Shown piece by piece: positions 33,326 through 45,500 of a stretch of DNA of 64,000 nucleotides; within the stretch, counting starts at the first letter, position 1, and each line of letters opens with the position of its first letter. The stretch lies in NCBI GenBank assembly GCA_964036045.1, contig OZ038379.1:9238001-9302000 (forward strand). The letters run 5' to 3'. The stretch is from Eutreptiella sp. 'Long Island Sound 2002' (lineage: Eukaryota; Protista; Euglenida). The notes below the pieces were generated by a model. It was not told the origin of the DNA. It did not search any database and saw nothing but the letters and a program-made list of their open reading frames with translations. Both the position numbers and the translations under genes were made by a program.

Positions 33326-34939
33326 ATGTTCATATCATCCTAAAGCAATGGGCACCATGCATCATTGTGGCAGTCTTGGTATGCATGCACTGTATGTGCA
33401 CTGTATGCCATCAACGCATGTTGCTGCCATGATTTGAGGCCGTATATATGTGTGCATGGACATTGGGACGTTTGGTTTCGGGGTGTGACCCAACCCTGTG
33501 TGAGTGTGTGCGTGTTTTCTTGTGTGTGTGCGTCTCCTGCAACGTGATGGGTCGAGTGTCATGGTGCAGCAGCAGCGTGATTGCACATCGCCTAGCGTTG
33601 GTTCCGTTTCTGCAACGTACACCCCGTGACCAGAGGCTACATCCAGTAAAGGACGTGTCCTGAGCATCTCCACTGACAGTGGTCATTGGACGTGTAAGTG
33701 TATGTGCATAGGCACATATACATGAGTTTTAGAACAGTAGGGGGGCTGGACAGAGGGCGTCATGCCATGCAACTGACCCTACCTGCAACACCTTTCACTT
33801 CCCGTTTGTTGCCTGCCGAGCTCGGGCAGCAATAGATTATCACCACCAGCGAAATGATTGACGTCAGCTGATGACAGTCGGAGCCACATCGGAGTCCTTC
33901 AATGGCGGCCGGCTAACTGACAGCCGTTGGAGGCCAGATGATGGCAGAGCCCTAGTGGCACTCAGACGCTGGCTTCGGAAACGTTCACAGTAAGGCCCAT
34001 ATATAGTGTCTTGTCAACGACGTGCTGCACGTCGTCAGACCTGGAGCTGGAGTCTGTTTGGTTGTGTCAGATTGCAAAACCTTTGACATGCAGGACACCT
34101 AACACTGTTTGTCTTGCAATACAGTCACGATGGCCTGGCTCCAAGGCAAATCCCACTCGGGGGATGGACCCCACACCAAACTGAGTGTCTGGGTCCAGTC
34201 GGGCGTGTGCACCCATGTTCAACAGCATTCTTGCATCGCCTGAGCAACCCCGACGTTGTCTGCGATTCCCCACAGCCTGTGATGCCCTACTGTGCACAGG
34301 ACTCCATATGTGGTACCCTCTTTCCTGCGCACATTGCCATACTCCGTAAATGTGTGGATGGGAACACTGTGCAGCCAGCTCCTTGGAGCGGATGCACCGT
34401 TGTACTGATCCTGTGGATGCCAGGGGGCACCCACCACGACGCTTCTACTCGCACTGCCTGCTTGCCTGTCGGGATGTCCCCTATGCCAACCCCCTACCGG
34501 ATAGAGCCATGACGTAGACCCTTCGCATCCCCTTGCTGCATGGTGGTTTTGTCCTTCTCAATGACATCCAAGACTGTTTTCACCAGCCTCATTGTCCATG
34601 TCACAGCCCATCTTGAATTGCAGCACGAGGAAGGCTCCATTCACTCATTTTGAGCTGTTGACAAAAATGAGGTTTATTTGTTCTACAATGTTTGTACACA
34701 ACCTTAGAGTTGCACATTGACAGCAAATGGCACAAGCACACAAGATGGAGTGCAACATTTGCGGAAAATTGCGGAAAACTGCAATAAGGTCCGGGGTATG
34801 CCCAGCCCGCCACCCGTGTCAAGATTTGTGTCTGTCAGTGTGCAACTGTCATTAGTGTGAAATAGGCATACTACACTCTGTTTTCCTTTTGTCACACCCA
34901 GCAATATGGCCTCACCATCTGAGACACTGTCCCATATGT

Positions 34940-37200
34940 AAGTGGCTGAGAAGGTTGTTGCGTTCGGTTCCTTGAAGAGGAAATGTGAGGCAGGTTGTGG
35001 GGGCACAGGGGTGAAGTCTTGCAACATGTCCCTGCAACAGAGCAAGGAACAATTCCCCCATAAGCCATTTGAGGTTCGATTTTCTGGCAAGATTGCATTC
35101 AAACGGTCACGAACACTTGATGAGGATGCCGTTCGCGCAGTGTGCACGCGGTGCAAAATGTTATATGTCGCCAACGATGTGAACCCCAATTTGAGCCTGA
35201 ATCCATCCCACCCCTGAGGTCATTAATCACCATTTTTAGAATGTGGTTCTGTCAAATGTTTTGTGCCATGGGGTAGACCCAGCTCGGTCAATACCTTTGG
35301 ACTCCATTTCAAAATGTGATTGGATCCTCCCTTCCCTGGGAGCCCAACATAACGGTGGAAATCGGCATCAAGCACGACCACCAATGTTTGGCAAGCCACA
35401 GGTGACTGTGAGTAGGTTGTTCCAGTCACCCTGTCAGTGAAATTCAAAGAAACTCTGGCTCACCTTCAGTAGGGTGGCTTTAAGGGTCCTGAAAGCATCA
35501 TGGCTTCCCGCACCATGGCCTGCAGCTACGTTCTCTACTGCTTGCCAGACCTTTACAAGCAATGTTCTGTAGCCCACCTGCCCTTTTACCACCAGTTCCA
35601 ACCCCATCGTCTCTTTGGCACCTCCCCATGCCACCTTGTGTCCTCTTTCTTGGTGTGGCAGTCCACCATGCCATTGGTTTGGGGGGTAAGGGGCAATGAT
35701 CACTGCCATTCCAGGGCCGTACCAGGGTCTGGCTACCCTCTCTGCCTTTCTCCTTTCCAAGCTTGCGTTGGTCGATGCTTTTATCCCCTGCGACTGCCTT
35801 TACTACAGGAGGAGTCCAATTTGATGTGCCCGTTACTTATTCTTGTATGACTGCAGTAGTTTTGCACACTAATTGGGTATAGATTGCACTTTGAATGGTG
35901 GCTGGTCCAAGTGCAGCAAATTGTGCACCACTAGTCCCTCGCTAAAGGGAGTTGCACATGACTTGGATTGACCTGATCAAGAGTTGTTTTTGCCAGTGCA
36001 TTCAAGACCATGAGCAGAGGCATATTTTGTGGCTCCAAAGCCACATGGATGAAAAGGAGGGTAAACAAACGGTCATAGGCATTGCGCTGAAACCCTACAG
36101 GTTTTCCCAGTTTTCACGGCCATATTGCTTGTAATGTTAATAACACGTGCTTTTCGACTTTTCATGTGACAAGCAAATTCTTTGTCATCCCCAAGATTTG
36201 CATGGAATGATATCGGCTTCTAGCATAGCCTGTGGGTTTGTTTTTTGACACCCATTGTCTTTTGTGAGAAAGTTCTGAATCGTTCTCATCAAAGGAATGC
36301 TGTGCTTTATCCAATAATGATGCACAACTGTCCCCCCCCCTACATATTGCACCCAAGTGCTGTTCGGGGGACGCTTTGATTTTTCATTATCTACTGCGTT
36401 GAACGGTGGGTGAAACGAAGGGCCAAAATATGACTGAAGGTGCGCTATTCCACAGTCATGTGTCATTTCGCATATTTTCCGACAGTTTTTGGGATGTAGG
36501 CAAAATTTGTTCTTTTTTCGTGAATGCAATATTGCCTTTGGAGGCCAATATGCCACACATGGAATGGCGTGTGGTGTCACAGAGAGTTTGTATGAGATAC
36601 TCATCATTTACTGGAGGTGCAGTGGGTTGTAGTGAGTCATGCATGCTGGAGTGTGGACAGTGGACAAGAAGAACCAAAGCCTTCCTCTTAAAGGTTGTCA
36701 GCAAATTGGTGCTTTGATGTATGGATGTTCATACACCGTTATTGCTTGTGTACAATGCAGTCTTGTGTTGTACACCATTTGGCATGCAGTTCAATGACAA
36801 TCCACCAATCAATATGCACACTGTAGTGTGCACAACAATATGTGCACACGTGCATGCAACAAGTTGTGTACACAAAAAAGAATACATTATTGGCCAACTA
36901 GCAGTGAATATTTGGGGGGCGCACCGTGCGCTGTGTGCTGTGCGTAAAGTCGGCTGTTTCTTGCCCAAGCAGCGGCACATTTTCCACACTCGCCGCGTTT
37001 ACCATTCGTAAGTGTGGAGAGCCGCAGCGTGAGGTGTATCAAGAAGAATTTCGGACAGCCCATCTGAATTTTTGGGACAAGGAAAAGCTGCAATACCCGG
37101 TTTTTCACAGTTTTGAATTGATTATGCACGCTTCTGTAGGTGGGTGATTTTCAGGGGTGTTCCTGGGATAAACACCGCAATAATTGGCGCTGTGCGAAAA
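34940..37200 (+). pseudogene. Probable decayed hAT-family transposase
   Basis: Motif order in broken frames: BED-like AVCTRCK (about 35135), FWDVGKICSFFVNAILPLEA (about 36490), HTPLL...LCCTP (about 36730), LNFWDKEKLQYPVF (hAT dimerisation-domain-like, about 37065-37105). Confidence 0.4.
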
Positions 37201-38199
37201 CGCCCCCTTGGAGTAGCAGACAGCAATTTGTGTATGAAGGCATGTTACAATGTACCTACAGCTCTTCAAGATGAGGCACAAGGTGGGCAACTGGTTTTGA
37301 GGGTAGGGTTGGCTTATGTCTGCAACGAGTGTTCCGTGGCATGTGGCACGTGCAAACACGGGCTTGTCCAAACACCGCGATCCCGTGTTTCCGCACTTTT
37401 ACTGAACCTGACCCGTGTTAGTGCAAGGGGTGGTGGGGGCGGGGTACTGGGGTGGGTAAAGGGTAGGACACTGGGGTGGGCACAGAGGGCACAGAATTCT
37501 GTTGGGGAGGATTGTCAACCCCCGCCCCTGAACAAGGCCGTTGGCGACCATGAATGCATTTGTGAGAGCCACATTCTGCATCACACCTGCTGCGCCGCTT
37601 CACTCAAGCCACACTGCACTCGACACACGAGCGTCCACGGCCCGTACGAACCCTCCGCTATCGCCTCGTATCCGGTGCACACAGTTCGGCCTCACTCAGT
37701 CCCTTGCGACCTCTGCAGGGAATAGGAATTGCCACAGGAATGAGGGCCAATGGAGGCCCAACATTGAGGGAAATGATTAGAAGATCATGATGGGAACTAC
37801 GGTTTCGTTGCGATCGATTCCAGAAGGGGGTGGAGGGCCTTCAGGGAGCCATGAAGCCGCGACCAATGCACAGAAGGATGACTGTGTGTGCGTTTAGCAG
37901 GGGCGGGCAGCCCTTGTCTGAGTCTCTTCTGGAACACCGGCATTGGCTGCCTGCTGCTGTGAGGTGGGTCCGCGTGTGGAGGCAATATCATGGAAGACGC
38001 CGAAGTGCCCACCTGGCACGCCCCGGTGTTTCGATGCCCCCAAAGGCACCGTCTTCCATTTGGTGCCTTTCTACGGACTCCCTCCAGCCACTCCTGCCGT
38101 TGTCTCCTCATGCCGCACGCGATCCCCTCCCGCCGGCAAACCATTTTGCACAGGGAGTTCCGTCTGGAGCCATGGTCATTCAGTCCGCAACGGTTTGTG

Positions 38200-38800
38200 C
38201 CATGCTCCGGCTCTTGCCGAGCTGTGCAACCTGCGACACCCTCTCCGGGGATTTCTCACAAGACGCCAAGGCGCTTTTTACACCGGCTTTGGGGGAACGG
38301 AGGGTGGGTGTATCCACACGGGCACGTGGGGAAGCGGGTTTCCACACCCGGTGCAACTACAAGCGCCATTTTCAAGTCAGGGTCGACGTGTCCGCTGGGA
38401 ATACAAACGGCGTGGACAGATCCTGCAGAAGATTGACCTTGTTGAACACGCCACCCCCCGCAACCTTCAAGAACAGGGTATCTCAGAGGCACATCACTGT
38501 TACACATTGGTTTCTGAGTCTGGCGTCCTTGCAAGGATGGCAGACTTTGGTTCAAGCGATGCAGCATCACAATAGTCACTCAAATTACTCAGATCAACTG
38601 GTTTGTGAGAAGATTTTGGAAGGGGATGCTGCACTGTGGGGCATTGTCCACAGATTACTGGATGCACCTGTATGACTACTGTTGGATACTTTTGTGCTCA
38701 CCCTCCTGTGTGCCTCTGGCAGCATCATGCACCGCAAGGTGGCAAGACAAGGATTTGTAGGATCAAAGATGCAAGAACTTCTTTGCAAATGGTTTGGAAA
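38200..38800 (+). pseudogene. Decayed LINE reverse transcriptase fragment
   Basis: KALFTPALGERRV...GEAGF (K.....l..RL...Q.GF spacing), LQKIDLVEHAT..LQEQGI (D..KAFD.V.h..l...G), ILEGDAAL (QGD-like). Confidence 0.5.
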
Positions 38801-39539
38801 ATTTACGAACTGGGTGGTGTGAGTGATCGGAGTGATATGAAAGATGTCGTCACATCTTGACTATCGCATATGGCATACAAGGCTTGCTTTTTTGCAAGCA
38901 ACAATACAGCAAAGCCTTCGGAAGGCAACGAAGTTTGCTGATGAAGGAGGGGTAGCCATGGGGTTTTATTCATGTCATTGCCTAGAAACACCGCAAACAT
39001 TTGTCAGTGATCAACAAACAGGGCAGAGGAAGCGGTTTTGGGCACTGCAGGCGGCCGCCATCTCTGTTTTAAAGATTGAGGGCGCCCAGGAGGAAAGCAA
39101 ATGGCCTCACAGTCGGCTTGAGCAGGGGAAGCCTGACAGACTCACAAGAATGCAAGATGCCAGAGGACTGGCGGGAGGGGGGACAGGCAAGAAACAGAGT
39201 TGATGCCTGGCAGCTTTGCCCAATCCAACCCAATCCAATCCAATGATGCGAAACAGAATGAGAGCTAAGTGGATGTTAGGGGATACACCCCTCTCCCCAA
39301 CGCTACATGGCACTGGCTGTGGTTCCCACCTGGCTCTTTCCTGATGGCCCATTGTAATGCAAGGTTTCTGTGTCCAAAGCGGTGCGAAGAGACACAAAGG
39401 GGCCCACGCATGTCTGTTTCGCAGCAGTGGGGCATCTGGCATTTGCATCGCCCATGAATTTGGCCAAGCTGACCACTCTCTCCCACCTTGTGGACCATTA
39501 CGGGAGCGGCATTGGTAGCATCGGGTCTGCCCCTGTTCT

Positions 39540-39557
39540 CTTCATTTTTTGCTTCAG
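39540..39557 (+). promoter_or_regulatory. Putative trans-splice / 3' acceptor upstream of DRE-TIM copy B
   Basis: CTTCATTTTTTGCTTCAG ends 20 nt before the ATG at 39578, the same spacing as in copy A. Confidence 0.45.
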
Positions 39558-39577
39558 AGTTGTCATTTGAAGTCATC

Positions 39578-42500
39578 ATGTCCGGAGAGAAGGACGCCAA
39601 GAAGCCCCGCGTTGAGGATACCGTGTCCTCCTTGTCCGACATCTACCGCAAGGCCTTCTATGAGTACCGCCCGTCAGTTCGGGTCATCGACTGCACGATC
39701 CGCGATGGCGGGCTCATGAACAAGTGGCGCTTCACCGACGACTTCGTGCGGGCCGTGTACGAGGCGAACGTGGCGGCGGGTGTGGACTACATGGAGATTG
39801 GGTACTTCACCAGCGAGAAGTACTTCAAGCGATCGGAGGTGGGCCCGTGGCGCTTCTGTGCCACCGACGACCTGCGCCGCATTGTGGGCGAGAACAAGAC
39901 AGGTCTGAGATTTCCCCTGTGTTCCTGGGCATGACGATGGTAGGGGCGCTGGCTGACCCGTGTATCCCTGACCAAGGGACGCCTTGTCCAACCAACAGGA
40001 GGTGTTGCTTCCTTCCAATGGCCAGCGAAGGACCAACTTCATGGGTTCTGTGCTTCATTCGTAAAAATGCATTTCCAATTGCAGACCAAACGTTCTGTGC
40101 AACATGCAGAAAGGAAAGCACAACACAGCGCTCGCACAGCAAGCGATGGTGTGGAATCGGGTCCGAAGAGCATTCGCTGAGCATCGCCATTGAATACCAA
40201 GGCCCACCTCTATCTTATCCAAGGCGGTCCCTGCGGACACTCACGGTTCACAGCCTGTTTTTTGGGGGGGCCCCTCTTGCATCAAGGACCGCCCTGAGGG
40301 GCCACTCCAATTGCCCTCCAATCGCCGTTGGTTGACCCTCCAACCACCGTGGGTCACCCTCCAACTGCCGGCGGTTACCCTCCCACAGCCCTAGGTCACC
40401 ATCCCATCGTCCGGCTGGCGTTGATGGACGCCAGCAGTCTTTGTTTTTCATCTGGCTACTCGGGGGCCGCCCTCATCTTATCTTGGAGGGCCTTCTTTTT
40501 GCTGGTTCCTGCCGAATTTTCCCCCACCTCTTGTGCTGCGCCTTGCAAATCGGATTTCCTGGGGTCGGTAGATTGTTTCCAACAACTGCCCTAGTCTTTG
40601 ACGCTCCCCTTTCTGCGCCATTTTTGCGGCTGTTGTTGACAGTTTGCAGAAGTCGCAAATTTCCTGCCTGTTTATGTTGCTCCTGCCGCTCATATACCAC
40701 TGCCCCTGAGCGCATGCTCGTGCGTTGGGTTTCGGATGGAAATGGAGTGGGTTTCGAGGCCGTCAAATGAAGGACTTTGCATGTACGCATGGCCCCAGGC
40801 ATCAAGTTGGCAGGGATGGCGGACATTGGGCGTATCGACCCCTGCGACATCCCGATGAAGAAGGACTCGCTGCTGGACCTCGTGCGCGTCGCGTGCTACA
40901 ACCACCAGATCGACGAGGCCATCGAGCTTGCCAATCTGTGCCTCGAGCGGGGCTACGAGGTGTCCATCAATCTCATGGCTGTGGCCAAGAACACGCTCGC
41001 GGAAATCGACGCATGCCTCGAGAAGGTCGCGAAGACCAAAGTCCACATGTTCTACCTGGCGGACTCGTTCGGGAGCCTGTACGGCGAGCAGGTCCGGTTG
41101 CTGATCCGCAGGTGTGCCGGACATGCCCAACGCAGAACGCTCTGCTGCCCAGGACGATTCTGAGGGAGCCCCGGCAGCAGAAGGGGTGGGAGGTTGTGGC
41201 AGGCGCCGTCTGATTCTGCTCATCCGCTGAAATGCGCACTCACGATGGACTATGCAGCCCAATGACCCCAGTTCAGCCTCCCCCAAAGCCAGAGCCCCAG
41301 AGCACTTTGTTTGTGAGTAATTAAGACTGAAGGGCGTCTGGCTGCGTGTCAGCCTAGGACCTTTCTCCCCGTCCCCTGCCTGACGTGCTTGAAAATGCCG
41401 CGCACCACTGATGGGTAACACATGGTGGCACGTGGCCAATATCCACATTGGTAGGGGTGAACGCCCCCCAAACTTCAGGGTTCTGGTTTTGAGAATGACT
41501 GAGTGCTTCAACGCCCCCCTTCAGGCTCCAAAACTGCGTAACCAAAGGGCTCTTTTTTTGTGCGAGGAAAAGGGCTCTAAAACAGCCCATGCGGGACCAT
41601 TCGGGTCTCTATGGGTCTAGGCCAGTGATCCTTTGCAACCACCTTCCATAAGCATCAGCAGTGATTGCCAGCGCCGGCTTGGGAGGGACGCCAAGGGGCT
41701 CAAGCAGCGCCTGTGAGCCGAGGGACAACTGCCTCACTTTCACCCATTGACCATACCTTTCCCCAGTAAATTGGGACAATATATGTACCCCCCTCCCCCC
41801 CCCCCCCCACGTCGAACGAACACTGTGTCCAACGAACACTTCCGTTCAGACCGTATTTTTTGAGGACCTCCCAAACCAGAGGTGGCATCCAAGTACCCTG
41901 GATCCGGTGATGGGTGCGTAAATAGCTGAAGACGACACCTACCCGATTGGCAGATAAATGTACTGAATGAGAGGTCCATTGAACAGTACTTGGACAGTAT
42001 GACAAAGCCGTCCTCGTATGACACACTGACGCCCACAACCAAATCCCACGTCATTCGGCTGTCGCTGCTCTACACATATGGTAGGGTATGGCTAGATGCC
42101 AGTGTACTACTCTTTGAATCCTGGGGTTGGTTCTGTAATCGTAGTATGGGGCACCCCTATTATGGTTTGCTGTACAAGAAAAATCACATCGAAAGTTGGA
42201 TACTCGCAGCCCCAGACCTCGCGAACCCCTATCAAAACTATGGACCACAACCCTCATTTCCATCCTCGAAACGCAACCGCCGCACACCGACCACCCTGCA
42301 TACCAAGAGCCTCGCAGAGGAGGATCCTACTTCATGATCTATGATGCAATTAATTACATACTTAATTAGGTACTGGGCTCCAGAACGGCGGTTTCGGGCT
42401 AAAGGTTTGGAGAAATGAGGGGCTGTTGTGATGTATCTGGCAGGAACGGGGGGCAAACTTGTAAAGCAGGTTGTAAGGGAATGGATTCCCTCAGCTACAG

Positions 42501-45500
42501 GACTTCTATTGCCCACCATGACTGATTCTCTGCTTGCACCTGGCCGGGAGGTGATATACAAGCGGTACCACCACTTCTGCCCGTGCCAAGAACAAGAAGG
42601 GCCCCAAGCCCGGGGAGCACGTTCAACTTTTCCGCATGAAGCGGGACCGCAACAAGGGCTTCTACTCTGGAATGTGCTAATTGGAGGCCTCCATCGCATT
42701 GTGCTTTGATGGGCTTGGTAACTTGTGCTTGGGGATGTGTTACCGCCATTTCACAATATTGTCGCATGCACCAAACAGTGTGTCCAATGAACACTCCTGT
42801 TCGGACCGCATTTTTTAGGGACCCAATTGTTTGTTGGACACGGGGGGGGAGTAAACAAGTACCTCCAGAAACAAGTACACCAGTTCCTCCAGAAACCTCA
42901 GACCAGTGCGTACATCCGGAAGTACCGACCCTCCTCTGATATTTTTGCTTTCTGTGGGCTTCAAAAGCAGCGCCGCCAACTTGGCGACTCAGCCACAGGA
43001 CTTGAAAAATCCGCGAAGCAGGGTGAAGGTGGGGGTCCAGGGATTGAAGGGGAGTTTTCTTGGAGGCATCGCTTTTTGGGTACCAGGGACTCTCTTTCAT
43101 GTTGTTGTTTTGTGGACGTGCTTCGGGGGGAATGAGGAGGTGCCACAAACGCTGAGTCAGTGTGCCGACATGTACCATCGGAAACACTGCAAAATTTTCC
43201 CAGTGCGGTCCGGAGCACTCTCGCCCTCGTTTGTACTATATGCGGTGCTCTTTGAAGAAGAAAATGCAGCATAGCCTGCCGTGTGTGAGCTGCAGGTGCA
43301 GTTTGCTGCCACTACTGCACGTGGCCCATGTAGCCCCAAATCTGCACTCCTCGTTGGTATGGCCTGTACGGCAGGCGATATGCCGTGCGTGTTGTGTGCA
43401 CAGGTACGTTGAAGCGCTGCCCGGGAAGCAGATTGGGTTCCACGGGCACCACAATCAGCAGTTGGGCATGGCCAACAGCATCGACGCCATCACGGAGGGC
43501 GCCAACATGGTCGACGGCTCCATCTTGGGTCTGGGGCGTGGGGCTGGCAACACCCCCACCGAGAACGTCCTCTGCTTCCTCAGGAACCCCAAATACAACG
43601 TGCGCCCGATCTTTGATGTCGTGGAGAACCAGTTCTACGAGCTCAAAAAGACGGTGCTCCGCCAACCCCTTCGTCCGTCGTCCACTGCCCCCACAATGCT
43701 GCCATGATTCTTTGGCTTTTGTGTTTGCCTGTACTCCCTGGGGTAAAGTGTCCGACCTCCTGGACCAATCTAGGACCCTGTGCTAGTGTACTGGCCACTC
43801 GTTAACCTGCTGCAAGCTGCGCAACTTTTTACAGCCTTTGGCAAACGATTCTTTGCAACCGCCTGCAACACTTCGAAATCCTCAGCACCCTCTTGACAGC
43901 CGTCGTCAACCCTCCAAACGCACACACGTAGGGCGCCTGGGGCAGTCTGCTTGGGGCTGAAAGCCACCGGCCTGGATGTCAGCGGAGCACCTGTATTGCA
44001 CACCTGACCCACTCACCCATGCAGGCGGCGTCTTTCTTTGACACCCCCCCCCTCCACAGGCCTGCTCTCCACACGCTTCTAGAACCTTGCACCACCCTCT
44101 GACCACCCACACTCTACATCACTCCGCAGGTGGAGTGGGGCCTCTCAGTGCCATACCTGATTGCGGGGGTCCGCAACGAGCACCCCAAGGAGGCCATGGC
44201 ATGGGAGGCTGCGGGCAAGAGCAAGGACGGGCTGGGCTTCTATGACAAGTTTGTCGCTGCGGACGGGGCGAAGGATGACAGCACAAGGGCGCCAGGCGGA
44301 GACCCGGACATGCCCGATGCTTGCCCAGAGGGTCCGCGGGTTCCAAACCATGACTCCGAACTGTACCGCAAGGAGTTCCACACGTACAAGCCCATGATCA
44401 AGGTCGATGAATGAATGCTTGGGTGCACTAGGGCACGGATAGGCAGGTGAAAAAATGGCTTGTGCGCCTGGGAGAGAGGGGGGGTCGCCTGAGCCCGCGG
44501 AGGAGGGCGGCGATGGGGGGGGGAGCTCTGGGAAAGGGGCTCTCGTGACAGGCCAGTCCAAAGACGTTAGTCTAAATACTGGCGATGACTCACCACCTGG
44601 GCCGCAAAGCGGCCCGCGAGGAAATTTTTCAAAAAAAACACCCTATGCCACACAATCCAACAGTGTTCCTCTAACTTTGTGTGGCGTTCCTACGGTGTTC
44701 CTCCTTCCAGCTGAGCAAGGACCCCCAGTGCTTGTGCTGCATTGTTTCCATATGCGGTTTGACACCATGCAGGCAGTCACATTATTGAGGCCCCAGGATT
44801 TCCAGCGGTACCATATGCCTTATGGTCATCGTGCACACCTTGCGCATGCAGCAAAGGAAGCTCTGGTGTGATGATATAAACCATGTGACATTTGCGGATG
44901 GCTACATAAGGACTCCCATGGGGCAGACTGTATCTCATCATAGAGCAGTCTGTGTGCTGTGGGTCCAAGCTGCAAAAACTTTCATGTGCACTTTGTGTCT
45001 CCCTGTGTTTGTGCACTGCCCAAGCTTCCCAGTGACAATTGAGGTGTTCCTGCGGCGTTCCTCGGCAATGTGTGCGGCGTTTCACTAGTAGGAACTTGTG
45101 AGTAGCGGGACAACTGTCCCACTCTCTCCCACTCTCCCCAAGTAAACCAAGTTTCCCCCACCTGTTAGGGGTAACCAAGCAGGCTGTGCCACCTCTGGCA
45201 GTTTTTCGAACCCACCCTCTTCAACCCCAAAACCAACAGGTGGGCAACCAAACCCCACCTATCCATGCGTGAAGGATTCCCTCCTCAAAAGGGGAACACG
45301 TACGCACACCCGGAAGTACCAACCGGCACACTCCTACAGCTTTTCCAGCACACCACCCTATAACCCCCTGCCGGGTTTAGGCTGTCTGCCACACTCAGCA
45401 CACACACCCGTGTTTCGCCAGAGGCCAGCCCAAAATGTCCCAAAAGTGGATCAAAACGGGGTGTGTTTTCAATGACCAGCGGTGTGCGTGTGGTAGCAGT

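Noticed and set aside
41861-41929. TGA read as Trp (alternative genetic code) in the glycosyltransferase frame
   Set aside because: The same frame uses TGG for other Trp residues, also has a frameshift, and a second copy has TAG at the same site; ordinary decay of TGG explains it.
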